DNA of 64,000 nucleotides from Heterodontus francisci. Taxonomy: Eukaryota. A program made the translations under genes and the position numbers. The stretch spans positions 28,434,283 through 28,498,282 of the forward strand of contig NC_090396.1 in the NCBI RefSeq assembly GCF_036365525.1. The letters are read 5' to 3'. The number at the start of each line of letters is the position of its first letter. Positions within the stretch are counted from its first letter, which is position 1. This document shows positions 1 through 12,200 of this stretch, piece after piece. Below the pieces are notes generated by a model. It did not search any database, was not told the DNA's origin, and saw nothing but the letters and a program-made list of their open reading frames with translations.

Positions 1-87
1 AGTGTGAGCTTACACCATCTGCAACTTCTCATTCAGAGAAGATTGAGGGATAAGGGAGAAGTGGGATGAGAAGAGGATTAGGTATGT

Positions 88-737
88 GGATACCCTCATT
101 CGCAATCATTTCAGCACCAACAGTGGCCATGGCTTTAGTGATGCCCTTCCCATGCTGGCCAGCACTGTCTCCTTCACGGGTGTTAAAATATGCAGGTGCA
201 CTTGACCTCTTCCGGTTCTTTTCTGCTGCCTCCTCTGATGCACCACGTTCTCCAGCAAGAGGGAAGCATGTCAGTGAATGTTGCACAGTATGTTTGGGTG
301 ATGTGGCTGTCAGGGTGAAATAGCTGGCAGTTTGTGTGGAGCTGTGATTGTGAGGTTTGCAACAGTGTTAAGCATGTGTGGGTGAGGAGACATATATGAG
401 TCCTACAGTTAAGTACTGATTGAACGAGATTGTCAGTAGGTGAGTGATGGGCGTATAGTAAATTGAGCAGTGGATGAGTTTATTGGTGCAGTTGATAGGA
501 TATGCCATTTGAAGATGAAGTTACTCATCTTGATAACTCATGTGAGATCATTAAACTTCTTCCTGCAGTGCATCTATGTTTGAGCGGTACCAATCCTGGC
601 ATTAATCTCTGCCACTACTACTTTCCATTGCCTCCTGAGCATACGTCTGGAGGTTCTCCTGCCTCTCTGCAAATACAGACATGGCTCCTCCATTCCACCT
701 CGTCCACTAAGGCCTCCAGTATGTTATCAGAGAACCA
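88..737 (-). mobile_element. Degenerate PIF/Harbinger transposon ORF1 (Myb/SANT-like DNA-binding protein) relic, two exons
   Basis: Minus-strand translation of ~737-525 gives FSDNILEALVDEVE...RRQWKVVVAEINAR...*MHCRKKFNDLT*VIK, a Myb/SANT trihelix pattern with stops and a frameshift. A second block at ~250-90 gives NVVHQRRQQKRTGRGQVHLHILTPVKETVL, resembling the 'RTGGG' tail of Harbinger ORF1 proteins. Confidence 0.65.
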
Positions 738-1884
738 TTGATTTGTCCACCTGAATCAACTTTCAGGCAAGCCTTTGAATGGATACCCAGCAGTAAAACA
801 GACAGGAGGCTGTATAAATATGCAAATCAGTGTCTCACAATTGCAACCTACAAAGAGAAATGGGTGGAGCAAGTATGGAAAATGACAGTCCCATTTCTTT
901 AACCATTAAGAGACCTAACCGGCAATCCATAAAGCTACTGTAGGAGGTCTCTCCAAAGTAAGTTTTTTTTTTAAAGAGATTTTTGTGGAAGAACAAGCAA
1001 ATGTGCTCCTCTGGGCCCCACAAAAATCTTCTGGCTGGCTGGTGGCTCATTCTCACAGCTCCCCTTCACCCCCTCCCACCACCCACTCCCCACCCCACCC
1101 CACCCCACCACAGGCCTTATCCACTGACTGGCTACATGCTGAAGTTGTCTGATTTTCCAACTTGGGAAACGCTGAGCTACAGTGGGGCATCAGTTCGCCA
1201 CCCTCAGCTCAGCAACAAAATGGCAATGAGGTCCGAATCTGAAAGCAGCATTGCTCATTGACAAATTTGAAATTTAAAACTGCAGAATTGAGTAGGGCTC
1301 AGCAGCCCACACCTCTAACTCTTGAGCAATCTAATCACAAAATAAATCTAGTCTTCATTAACCAGGAAAATTACAGTGTTGCTTCTGAGTCCAGTCCTAG
1401 CTACCACAAGCCTAGACCTCTCAAACTGTCCCATCACCATTACAATTTTGATTGGAACTTGAACTTTTAAATGTTTGAATTTAATTAAACCTCCTTACAT
1501 TTTCACTTGCATCTTTTGAATGGCTGGTTATTTCAAATTTCATGTTTATATTTTAAGTTTTTGTTGTGGAACGTATTGGCTGTGTTCTGTTCTGTGTTTA
1601 TTGTGATTGTGATCGCCAATCGGGTTGGTCCCTGTGAACCATGTGACCAATAACAATAACTGATATCATGGCCTTGCCTACATTTATACAGATGCAAAAC
1701 TTTTAGGCCCATACTTTGCTCACAGCGGTGAAAGAACAGTGTTCGCCATTCATTACATTGATACTGCCCAGAGTTTTCGTAGGCTATTAAGCAACAACTT
1801 ACATCCTCTCTACAGGAGATCTGGCACCTGTATGACTATATCTCTTCAACTAATCAGATTCAAGAATCCTCATTGAGACACACA

Positions 1885-2470
1885 GGGCTGAATTTTACGC
1901 TGCCCCAGTGGGTCAGATGGTGGCGTGGGGGCGGCGTAAAATTGAGTGGGGGGCTCCGGGAGACCTACCCATCCCGCTTCCGCCTTCGGCCAAGTTTACA
2001 GCATCGGGTGGGGATGGGAAACGGCCCACCGGTCTGAGGCCGATCAAGGCCCTTAAGTGGCCACTTAATGGCCCTCACCCACCTCCACGGGTATTTTACT
2101 CATGGCAAGTGGACGTGCTGGGGATGTGAAAGGCCACCCAGCAATAGCTGCCGGCCTTTCCGCGCCCGGGGGTGCCATGGCAAGCAGGCACAGGGTGCCC
2201 GATTGAGGGACATCCCCACCTCCCAACCCACCCCAGGGACCCAAGACGCCCCCCTCCCTCCAAACGACCACTCCAGCCTCACCACGGAAGGACCGATCCT
2301 CCTGGTGAGGCAACCTTAACTTACCTTCCCTCCAGGTTCCTTGCCGTCGGCTCGGCTGCAGTCCCAGCAGTAGCCACGCTCCCGGTGGCGCTGCTGAGAC
2401 TAAGAGCTGCCGGCCCGCTAATTGGCTGGCAGCTCACGGAGGCTGGACCTCCTCCCTCAAGTGGGTGGTA
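1885..2470. mobile_element. GC-rich non-autonomous DNA element (MITE-like), truncated by a CR1 fragment
   Basis: Starts GGGCTGAATTTT; abrupt GC/CpG-rich block. A similar GGGCTGGATTTT start and shared internal motifs (GGCCCTTAA, GGCCACTYAA) occur at 59984-60607. Confidence 0.45.
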
Positions 2471-2826
2471 GGGTGAAGGAACCTTGGATGACAAGAGATA
2501 TGGAACAGCTAGTCAAGAGGAAGAAGGAAGCTTACTTAAGGTTGAGGAAGCAAGGATCAGACAGGGCTCTAGACAAGGTAGCCAGGAAGGAACTGAAGAA
2601 TGGACTTAAGAGAGCTAGAAGGGGACATGAAAAAGTCTTGGCGGGTAGGATTAAGGAAAATCCCAAGGCGTTCTACACTTATGTGAGGAACAAGAGGATG
2701 GCCAGAGTGAGGGTAGGGCTGATCAGGGATAGTGGAGGGAACTTGTGCCTGGAGTCGGAGGAGGTAGGGGAGGTCCTAAATGAATACTTTGCTTCAGTAT
2801 TCACTAGTGAGAGGGACCTGGTCACT
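2471..2826 (+). mobile_element. CR1 LINE ORF2 internal fragment
   Basis: ORF 2422-2835 contains EPWMTRDMEQLVKRKKEAY...IKENPKAFYTYVRNKR...EVLNEYFASVFT, the CR1 EN-RT linker. Confidence 0.85.
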
Positions 2827-5329
2827 TGCACCTAAATGCACCAGCTCTAGCTTTTTCTATCTTGTTTACTGGGTAACATGTGAGTCTGTCAGTGAGGTAC
2901 TTCTACAGAACAGACTGTGGAGAAGCAGGAAAACTTGGATCGCAACTTGCAGATTTTCCCGTTTAACTGTGTGTGCGGACTCTGGAAGTTACTGTCCGAT
3001 TTATTCAATAATGGCGAGTGCTTATAGCCTCACCGTTATTCTCAACATATAATCCAGGACATAAGATATTTTTCTAGCCTTGAACCTTTGTAATTCTTAG
3101 TTCTAAAGATTTTCCCTACATCTGATGATTTTACAATCTAAAAGGCAAATTTTTAATCTTCAAATAAATCAGAATGTTTATTTTCAGTCAAATTGATCAT
3201 TAAAATCTAAAACTCTATAAGAAAGACAAAAACATTGAAAAACACAGATCTATACAAGGTTGACTTATAGAAGAATAATTCTATGTATAAGATTTCTGTA
3301 ATAGTTCCCTTATTGTTCATGTACTGATCCTAGACAATCAATGCTGTGATAATTTTCTGTTACTGTAAACTGCTGGTCATGTCACTCAAACATGGTGAAC
3401 CATAAACTGAGAAAAGATTCCAGACAGCATTTCATTTTATTATGCTTTAATCATCATCAGAGATAAAAGTACTGAAGTCTGTGGAATGTTCGAAGGAACA
3501 GAGACCATGTCGTGGGCTTATTTTACCAAATGCAGATTCATGTCCTTTTAATAGCCTTAAAAGAAAATTGATCCCAGCCAAATAAATAGTTGATGATAAT
3601 AGAGAGATGCCAAGTGTCTTGCTTAATTTACATGACATTTACTCGCACTGACTGCTGTACAATTAAGATCACTTCTTGGAAATTTTCCTGCATAACTGAC
3701 CTCCATAATTCTTCTCAAATAGTAACTATCCTAGACCAGAGCTCATGGTGCTAGACATGTCCATTTCATGAAGATGCCTCCCTGGTCGTTTAGTTTTGCA
3801 TTAGAATATTCTATATTCTCAATATAACTATATAAAAAGGTACAGTCTCCCATATTTATCTCTGCTTAGTTAAATGAACAGATTAAGTTCACGGGTTAAT
3901 TCTCTTAACTGTTGAAAAGCCAGAATACAAATTGAATTATGCCAGAAAACTGTTTAAACAGTTGCCCTGTGACCACATCTTTGTGTGTATGTGTATATGT
4001 GTGTGCAATATTTCAGATCTGGCTACAAGATCTTGAAAAAACTTTGTACAATGCATGAATCAAAATAGGAAGAGATTTTAGATATGATTTTTAGGCTAAA
4101 AATAGCTTTTATAACTTGGAAGTAACAGAATGTAACATTTTACCATTAGATCAGCATGGGTGTACACGCAAGGATCTTTGAACTCACCACACAATTGTGT
4201 TTGAAATTTGTGTGTGATGGAACCCCAGTGATGGGGAGGGATTAAATATCACCTGCATCTCACAGTCCTCATCCACCAAGATCTTTCTGGGAAGTATATT
4301 AACATAGATGTCCAGTAAGGACAGATAAGGTTCAACCAGGATTTTCTTTCATTTTCCCTGTTCTCTGCAACCTCCCCACCCCCCAACCTCACCACAGTTG
4401 AGATGCCTACTAACATTATCTTGGGTCACACATTGAAGAATGGTCACCTGCATAAAGATTTACAGGACTGCCAGTTTTCTTGGAACCATAGCCCAACATG
4501 GCTCCATGTCTTTACAAGAGAAAAGAATCTAAAGAGAAAGAAATATTGAATTTGCCATCATGTATCAGCTTAGCTGAACTGGTAGCACCCAAGCTTCTAG
4601 GCCAGAAGATTCTGGGCTCGAACGCCATACCATGATTGACCTTATAAGCTAGGCCAAGAGTCCCTCACTGTCAGGGGTACCAATGTTCTGCCTGTCTATT
4701 CCAATGGTTTCGATGGGTGCAGTTCTATTAAACAACCGGAGGAAAATCTGTTTACGTAGCGCCGCTTCAAAATGGCTACGCCGATTCCCCAGGGGCAGAC
4801 AGGAAGGATATAAAAACAATGGAAAAGATGTACTAAGATTCAGTATGGTATTGCTAGGACAGAGGGTTATAGTTTTGAAGCGAGACTCGAGAACTTGGGG
4901 CTTTTTTCGCTGGTGCTGAAAAGGCTAAGAGGTAATCAGACAGAGACCTTCAAGGTTATAAAGGGTTAGGATAAGGTAAATAGCAATAGATTAGTCTTGT
5001 TGGGTGGCTAGACAGGAACAAGAGAGCAAAAATTTAAACAAAATAATTAAAAGGAAGGTTGGAAAACAAATCTCTACAGAACATGTGGAATTCTCGCCTA
5101 CAATCCATGGTTGCGGAAAGGCCCATAAATTCCTTTAAAAGTAAATTAGATTGTTGCTTGAAAAAGAATATCAAAGGCTATGGACAGCGAGCAGGAGTGT
5201 GGAACTAGATGTGGTGGCTCATGCAGAGAAAAACATCGGCGCAGTCTTAATGGGGCAATTGGTCCATATTTGTGCTTCAACCTTTTATGATTTTGAGAGT
5301 TCTGATGACGGATACACATCTGAAGCACC

Positions 5330-5883
5330 ATAACTTGAGTACTGTATGCAGTTCTGGTCATCTCATTACAGAAAGGATGTAAATTCACTAGAGAGGGTAC
5401 AAAGGAGATTTACGAGGATGTTGCCAGGACTGGAAAAATGCAGCTATGAGGGATGATTGGATAGACTGGGGTTGTTCTCCTTGGAACAGAGGAGGCTGAG
5501 GGGAGATTTGATTGAGATGTACAAAATTGTGAGAGGCCTGGATAGAGTGGATGGGAAGGGCCTATTTACCTTAGCAGAGAGGTCAGTCACTAGGGGGCAC
5601 AGATTTAAAGTGATTGGTAAAAGGATTAGAGGGTGGGTGGGATGAGGAAATTTTTTTCACCCTGAGGGTGGTTGGGGTCTGGAACTCACTGCCTGAAAGG
5701 GTGGTGGAGGCAGAAAACCTCATCTCATTTAAAGGGAGCCTGGATGTGCACCTGAAGTGCCGTCACCTGCAGGACTAGGGACCAAATGCTGGAATTAGGT
5801 TGGGTGACTCTGCTTTTGGCCGGCGCAGGCACGTTGGGCCAAGTGGCCTCGTTCTGTGCCATAAACTTTCTATGATTCTATAA
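5330..5883 (+). mobile_element. CR1 LINE 3' end
   Basis: LGLFSLEQRRLRGDLIEMYKI...TRGHRFK C-terminus, followed by the 3' UTR and a TTCTATGA-type microsatellite tail. Confidence 0.9.
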
Positions 5884-6052
5884 CAAAGTCTGATCTCCTT
5901 TCAGATGCTGACTGACCTCTGCATTTCCCATTTTTATTTTATGATTCTAACTTTGTTCATGGATTTACTCATTTTTAACATGTACCCATGTTTTCAAAGG
6001 CAACATATGAACTTGTACCCTTTCCCAAAGAGCTTTCAACTATTATTTAATT

Positions 6053-6058
6053 TTTATT
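6053..6058 (-). terminator. Candidate SCO1 polyadenylation signal AATAAA
   Basis: Plus-strand TTTATT about 80 nt after the stop codon; another candidate at ~5933-5938. Confidence 0.45.
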
Positions 6059-6139
6059 TGAAATACTGTATTCATTATTTCTCAAAAATGCTCAGCTTGA
6101 CTTTACCAGTTTTTTTTCATGTGCAGTCAAGTATTCATA

Positions 6140-6271
6140 TTACTTGTGTTTGAACTTTCTCATGTGTGAAGCTATAGAACTAGAAATCTCAGCACTCTTC
6201 TTATTCTGACCATAATACTCCAGAAATTCTCCATTGGGACCAACAAGATACATGATTATTGTATGATCAAC
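6140..6271 (-). CDS. SCO1: SCO1 last coding exon ([43 protein letters not shown])
   Basis: Acceptor ttttttttcag|GTT; TAA stop at 6142-6140; conserved copper-ligand His. Confidence 0.95.
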   Translation of the reverse strand, partial: VDHTIIMYLVGPNGEFLEYYGQNKKSAEISSSIASHMRKFKHK

Positions 6272-9200
6272 CTGAAAAAAAAGACAACATAAAGGCAGGT
6301 TAACACTTTTTGCAACAGAATCCCTTGCTATATATCTAAATTAGAACTGAAAAGACTTCAACTCATGTAGGCCCTATGGTGTTTTTTTTTAAATAAATGG
6401 GCTTTGGATTTTGTATCTGGCCTGTATGCTCTCCTTCAAGAGTCTTATTGAGGTTCACTTCTTAAATAGCAAGAAAACAAAGACATTGATTGTGTTCATT
6501 TGCAAAAAATTATGTAATTCAGTTTTAGAAGGCCCAAAATATTGATGCATAACATGGAGTATGTGTACTGTAATGTTTTGAGGCTGGAATTGAGGTGCAA
6601 TCTAATAGCAATCTACAAGGGTAAGGACAAATCAAAAAATCCCTTGGTGGTTAAATGTACTGCCTGTTGTGCAACCGAATACTACAGATTAGGAAGGTAC
6701 AAAGTGAAGCCTCTGGTCTATGTTCATCTCAACCTATTGTATTGTGTAATTTAGGTACTTGCATATGACTCCATCAATTGGCTGAGTGTCTTCCATATGG
6801 GGTATGTATAATACACCCATTGTATGTGGCAGTGCAACATATTTAAAAGCAAAGGAATCCAAAAACAGCTTTAAAAAAAAAAATCACAAGAAAACTACAA
6901 AACAACCACTAATGTAATTTGATAGGGTAGGCCTTATGTTCAAAAGTGCCCCAGTCACCAAAGGAACGGTCAATGCTAAAGTTGAGTTACAATGGTCCAA
7001 ATCAGTTGCAAAGTACTCAATTTCTGGGAACTAGGATCATATCTACCTCCAACTATGGAATGAAAATCTCTCTTTGCTCAATGTATATAAGTTTTAAGTG
7101 ACAGTCCCAACCTAATACCTAATGGGGGCAAGTCAAAAACACAAAATACCTTCAATTTGTAACCTAACTCCAGGAGAATAAGAAATAAATGATACGGTGC
7201 TCTTCTTTCAATAGGGCAAAGTATTATTTGTTTATTTGCTTTAAATCAGCATTGTAAAAGCTCCAATTGCATCCATTTTACAACACTGGATGCGCGAGAA
7301 TGAAATGGCAAAGGGGTTTCCTTCTAATATCTGTTTCATAGTATCAAGGATGCAGGGTTTATAGACCACTCTGAGGCCTTTTTCTTTCCTGATGTTACAC
7401 TTGCTATATTTTAGCCAATACTCATCTGAGACAGGGAAAGAACAAATTTATCATAAAAATAAAAAAGGGTGCAAAGAGGTGTTGACCCACTGAAAAATGA
7501 CAATGGGAAAACGGTGTCCAAAGACAGAGAAACTGCTTTAAGTATTTAATAGGAATTTTCCAATAGTGTTCACAAAAGTAATGGGGGAGAAATGTCAAAG
7601 TGGGGTGCAGTTTAAAGGTGAATGTAGACTGAAATCTTCTTAAATCTCAAAAGGGGATATATTGGGGAAACTGTTGAAACTGAAGGTAGACAAGGCTCCT
7701 GGTTTATTAATTTATTTAGAGATACAGCACTGAAGCAGGCCCTTCGGCCCACCAAGTTTGTGCCGACCAACAACTACCCATTTGTACTAACCCTACAGTA
7801 ATCCCATATTCCCTACCACCTACCTACACTAGGGGCAATTTACAATGGCCAATTTACCTATTAACCTGCGCCTTTGGCTGTGGGAGGAAACCGGAGCACC
7901 CGGCGAAAACCCAAGCGGTCACAGGGAGAACTTGCAAACTCCGCACAGGCAGTACCCAGAAGCGAACCCGGGTCCCTGGAGCTGTGAGGCTGCAGTGCTA
8001 ACCACTGCACCACTGTGCCGCCTTGACAACTTTATCCCAGAGCTCTGAAGGAATTAACTCAAATGATTGCAAGTCCACTTAAGAATATTTTTCAGAGCTC
8101 ATGGGACTCAAGCCAAAACCCCCAAGGATTGAAAAATAAACAATGTGACTCCTATCTGCAAAAAAACTAACAAGAGATCAACCGTCAAATTATAGACCTG
8201 TAGCCTTACTTCCACTGTTGGGAAATACTATGAGTGATAATATAAAAGATCAGCTTGAGGAGCATGAGCTAACCTGCTACAGGAAGGTTTTATGAGTGGG
8301 GGTCATGCTTGACTAACTTATTGGATTCTTTTGAGGAGTCAACAGACATAGTAGATAAGGGAGCCACTGATGTTATGGAGAGCGTGCATGTTAACTTTTT
8401 GGATCTCAGGAAGGCAACTGACTGTCCTATACAATAGGCTACTGGATGAGGTCTGAACAAATGGGATAAATGGGAATGTATTCAAATGGATTGATAAATG
8501 CTTGGTTTGTAGACAGCAGATAGAAGTGCATGGGCAGCTATCTGGTTGGTAGCCAGATACCAGTGGAGTGACATAAGGTTCAGAATTAAGGCTGCTGTGT
8601 ATAATTTATATAACAAATTTAGAGGAACAAATTGTGCCCACAGCATTCAAATTTGCAGGCAATACCAAGTAGGGAGTGTGGCAAATGATCAATATCTTTC
8701 TTTCTTTCTTTTTTCTTTTGGGCCTCCTTATCTCGAGAGACAATGGATACGCGCCTGGAGGTGGTCAGTGGTTTGTGAAGCAGCGCCTGGAGTGGCTATA
8801 AAGGCCAATTCTGGAGTGACAGGCTCTTCCACAGGTGCTGCAGAGAAATTTGTTTGTTGGGGCTGTTGCACAGTTGGCTCTCCCCTTGCGCCTCTGTCTT
8901 TTTTCCTGCCAACTACTAAGTCTCTTCGACTCGCCACAATTTAGCCCTGTCTTTATGGCTGCCCGCCAGCTCTGGCGAATGCTGGCAACTGACTCCCACG
9001 ACTTGTGATCAATGTCACACGATTTCATGTCGCGTTTGCAGACGTCTTTATAACGGAGACATGGACGGCCGGTGGGTCTGATACCAGTGGCGAGCTCGCT
9101 GTACAATGTGTCTTTGGGGATCCTGCCATCTTCCATGCGGCTCACATGGCCAAGCCATCTCAAGCGCCGCTGACTCAGTAGTGTGTATAAGCTGGGGGTG

Positions 9201-12200
9201 TTGGCCGCTTCAAGGACTTCTGTGTTGGAGATATAGTCCTGCCACCTGATGCCAAGTATTCTCCGAAGGCAGCGAAGATGGAATGAATTGAGACGTCGCT
9301 CTTGGCTGGCATACGTTGTCCAGGCCTCGCTGCCGTAGAGCAAGGTACTGAGGACACAGGCCTGATACACTCGGACTTTTGTGTTCCGTGTCAGTGCGCC
9401 ATTTTCCCACACTCTCTTGGCCAGTCTGGACATAGCAGTGGAAGCCTTACCCATGCGCTTGTTGATTTCTGCATCTAGAGACAGGTTACTGGTGATAGTT
9501 GAGCCTAGGTAGGTGAACTCTTGAACCACTTCCAGAGCGTGGTCGCCAATATTGATGGATGGAGCATTTCTGACATCCTGCCCCATGATGTTCGTTTTCT
9601 TGAGGCTGATGGTTAGGCCAAATTCATTGCAGGCAGACGCAAACCTGTCGATGAGACTCTGCAGGCATTCTTCAGTGTGAGATGTTAAAGCAGCATCGTC
9701 AGCAAAGAGGAGTTCTCTGATGAGGACTTTCCGTACTTTGGACTTCGCTCTTAGACAGGTAAAGTTGAACAACCTGCCCCCTGATCTTGTGTGGAGGAAA
9801 ATTCCTTCTTCAGAGGATTTGAACGCATGTGAAAGCAGCAGGGAGAAGAAAATCCCAAAAAGTGTGGGTGCGAGAACACAGCCCTGTTTCACACCACTCA
9901 GGATAGGAAAGGGCTCTGATGAGGAGCCACCATGTTGAATTGTGCCTTTCATATTGTCATGGAATGAGGTGATGATACTTAGTAGCTTTGGTGGACATCC
10001 GATCTTTTCTAGTAGTCTGAAGAGACCACGTCTGCTGACGAGGTCAAAGGCTTTGGTGAGATCAATGAAAGCAATGTAGAGGGGCATCTGTTGTTCACGG
10101 CATTTCTCCTGTATCTGACGAAGGGAGAACAGCATGTCAATAGTCGATCTCTCTGCACGAAAGCCACACTGTGCCTCAGGGTAGATGCGCTCGGCCAGCT
10201 TCTGGAGCCTGTTCAGAGCGACTCGAGCAAAGACTTTCCCCACTATGCTGAGCAGGGAGATTCCACGGTAGTTGTTGCAGTCACCGCGGTCACCTTTGTT
10301 TTTATAGAGGGTGATGATGTTGGCATCGCGCATGTCCTGGGGTACTGCTCCCTCGTCCCAGCACAGGCATAGCAGTTCATGTAGTGCTGAGAGTATAGCA
10401 GGCTTGGCACTCTTGATTATTTCAGGGGTAATGCTGTCCTTCCCAGGGGCTTTTCCGCTGGCTAGGGAATCAATGGCATCACTGAGTTCCGACTTGGTTG
10501 GCTGTATGTCCAGCTCATCCATGACTGGTAGAGGCTGGGCTGCATTGAGGGCAGTCTCAGTGACAGCATTCTCCCTGGAGTACAGTTCTAGGTAGTGCTC
10601 AACCCAGCGGTCCATCTGTTTGCGTTGGTCAGTGATTTTGTCCCCCGATTTAGATTTGAGGGGGGTGATCTTCTTGATGGTTGGCCCAAGAGCTCTCTTA
10701 TCAATATCAATGTGCACAGATTTAAAGGGATCAGCTCGATCAGTGGTTGGAGATAATGTAATTATGGGGAAATGTAACATTATAAGTTTTGGCAGATAGA
10801 ATGTTGATATGGATTTCGTGCTAAATGGGACTGTATTTGAGATGCTGCAAATGGACAGAGATCTTGGAGTTTTAGTGAAAAGGTCACCAAAACCATCAGC
10901 ACAATATTCTCAGACTGTTTAAAAAAAAGAACGTTGAGATGTTTAGCAAGAGGTATAAACATATAAATCCAGAGAAATCATTTTATAACTGTATTTGGTT
11001 CTGTTGAGACTACATCTGGAGTTCTGCATGCAATTTTTTGTCTTCCTGTTTCAAAAAAGATATTCAGTTATTGAAGAAAGTACATAGAAGAACTACATTT
11101 ATCAATTTATTTTAATCCATTCCCATTTATCCCATGGGCTTATCCCAGAACACAATGGAATGATGTATACAAACATACGTATTAGGAGTAGGAGTAGGCC
11201 ACTCAGCCCCTCAAGCCTGCTCCGCCATTCAATAGGATCATGGCTGATCTGATTGTAACCTTGACTCCACATTCCTGCCAACCGCTGATAACCTTTCACC
11301 CCGTGCTTATCAAGAATCTATCTACCTCTGGCTTGAAAATATTCGAAGGCTCTGCTTCCACTGCCTTTTGAGGAAGAGAGTTCCAAAGACTCACGACCCT
11401 CCGAGAGAAAAAATTTCTCCTCATCTCTGTCTTAAATGGGTGACCTTTTATTTTTAAACAGTGACCCCTAGATCTAGAGTCTCCCACAAGGGGAAACATC
11501 CTTTCCACATCCACCCTGTCAAGATCCCTCAGGATGTTATATGTTTCAATCAAGTTGCCTCTTACTCTCCTAAACTCCAGTGGATACAAGCCTAGCCTGT
11601 ACAACCTTTCCTCATAAGACAACCCGCCCATTCCAGCTATTAGTCTAGTAAATCTTCTCTGAACTGCTTCCAACGCATTTACATGCTTCCTTAAATAAGG
11701 AGATTAATACTGTACATAGTACTCCAAATGCGGTCTCACCAATGCCCTGTATAAGGAAGCATAACCTCCCTACTTTTGTATTCAGTTCCCCTCGCAATAA
11801 ATGATAGCATTCTATTAGCGTTCCTAATTACTTGCTGTACCTGCATACTAACGTTTTGCGATTCATGCACTTGGGACACCCAGATCCCACTGTGTCTCAG
11901 AGTACTGCAATCTCTCACCATTTAGATAATTTGCTTCTTTTTTGAGGAAAGATTCACTTTTATGGAGGAAAGATTCACTGCCCTGGGTCTTTTCTTTCTT
12001 GAAAAGAGAATACCGAGAGGGGTAATGATAAAAATGTTTAAAATTATGACAGGTTTGGACAAATTGGATCCAAGTTAGCAGCTATGTGTGTACAGCACTT
12101 AAGCGCAAGGAATCCTATTTATGAATTAAGGACAATAGGAGATCCAGGAGGAACTTTCTTTTATTAAATGGTTGCTAACTTTGTGGAAGAGACTACTGAC

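Noticed and set aside
8765-10780. 671-aa ORF as a host or complete RT gene
   Set aside because: The first ~27 codons are read-through from flanking antisense CR1 beyond the TSD; the element is 5'-truncated and lacks its endonuclease.
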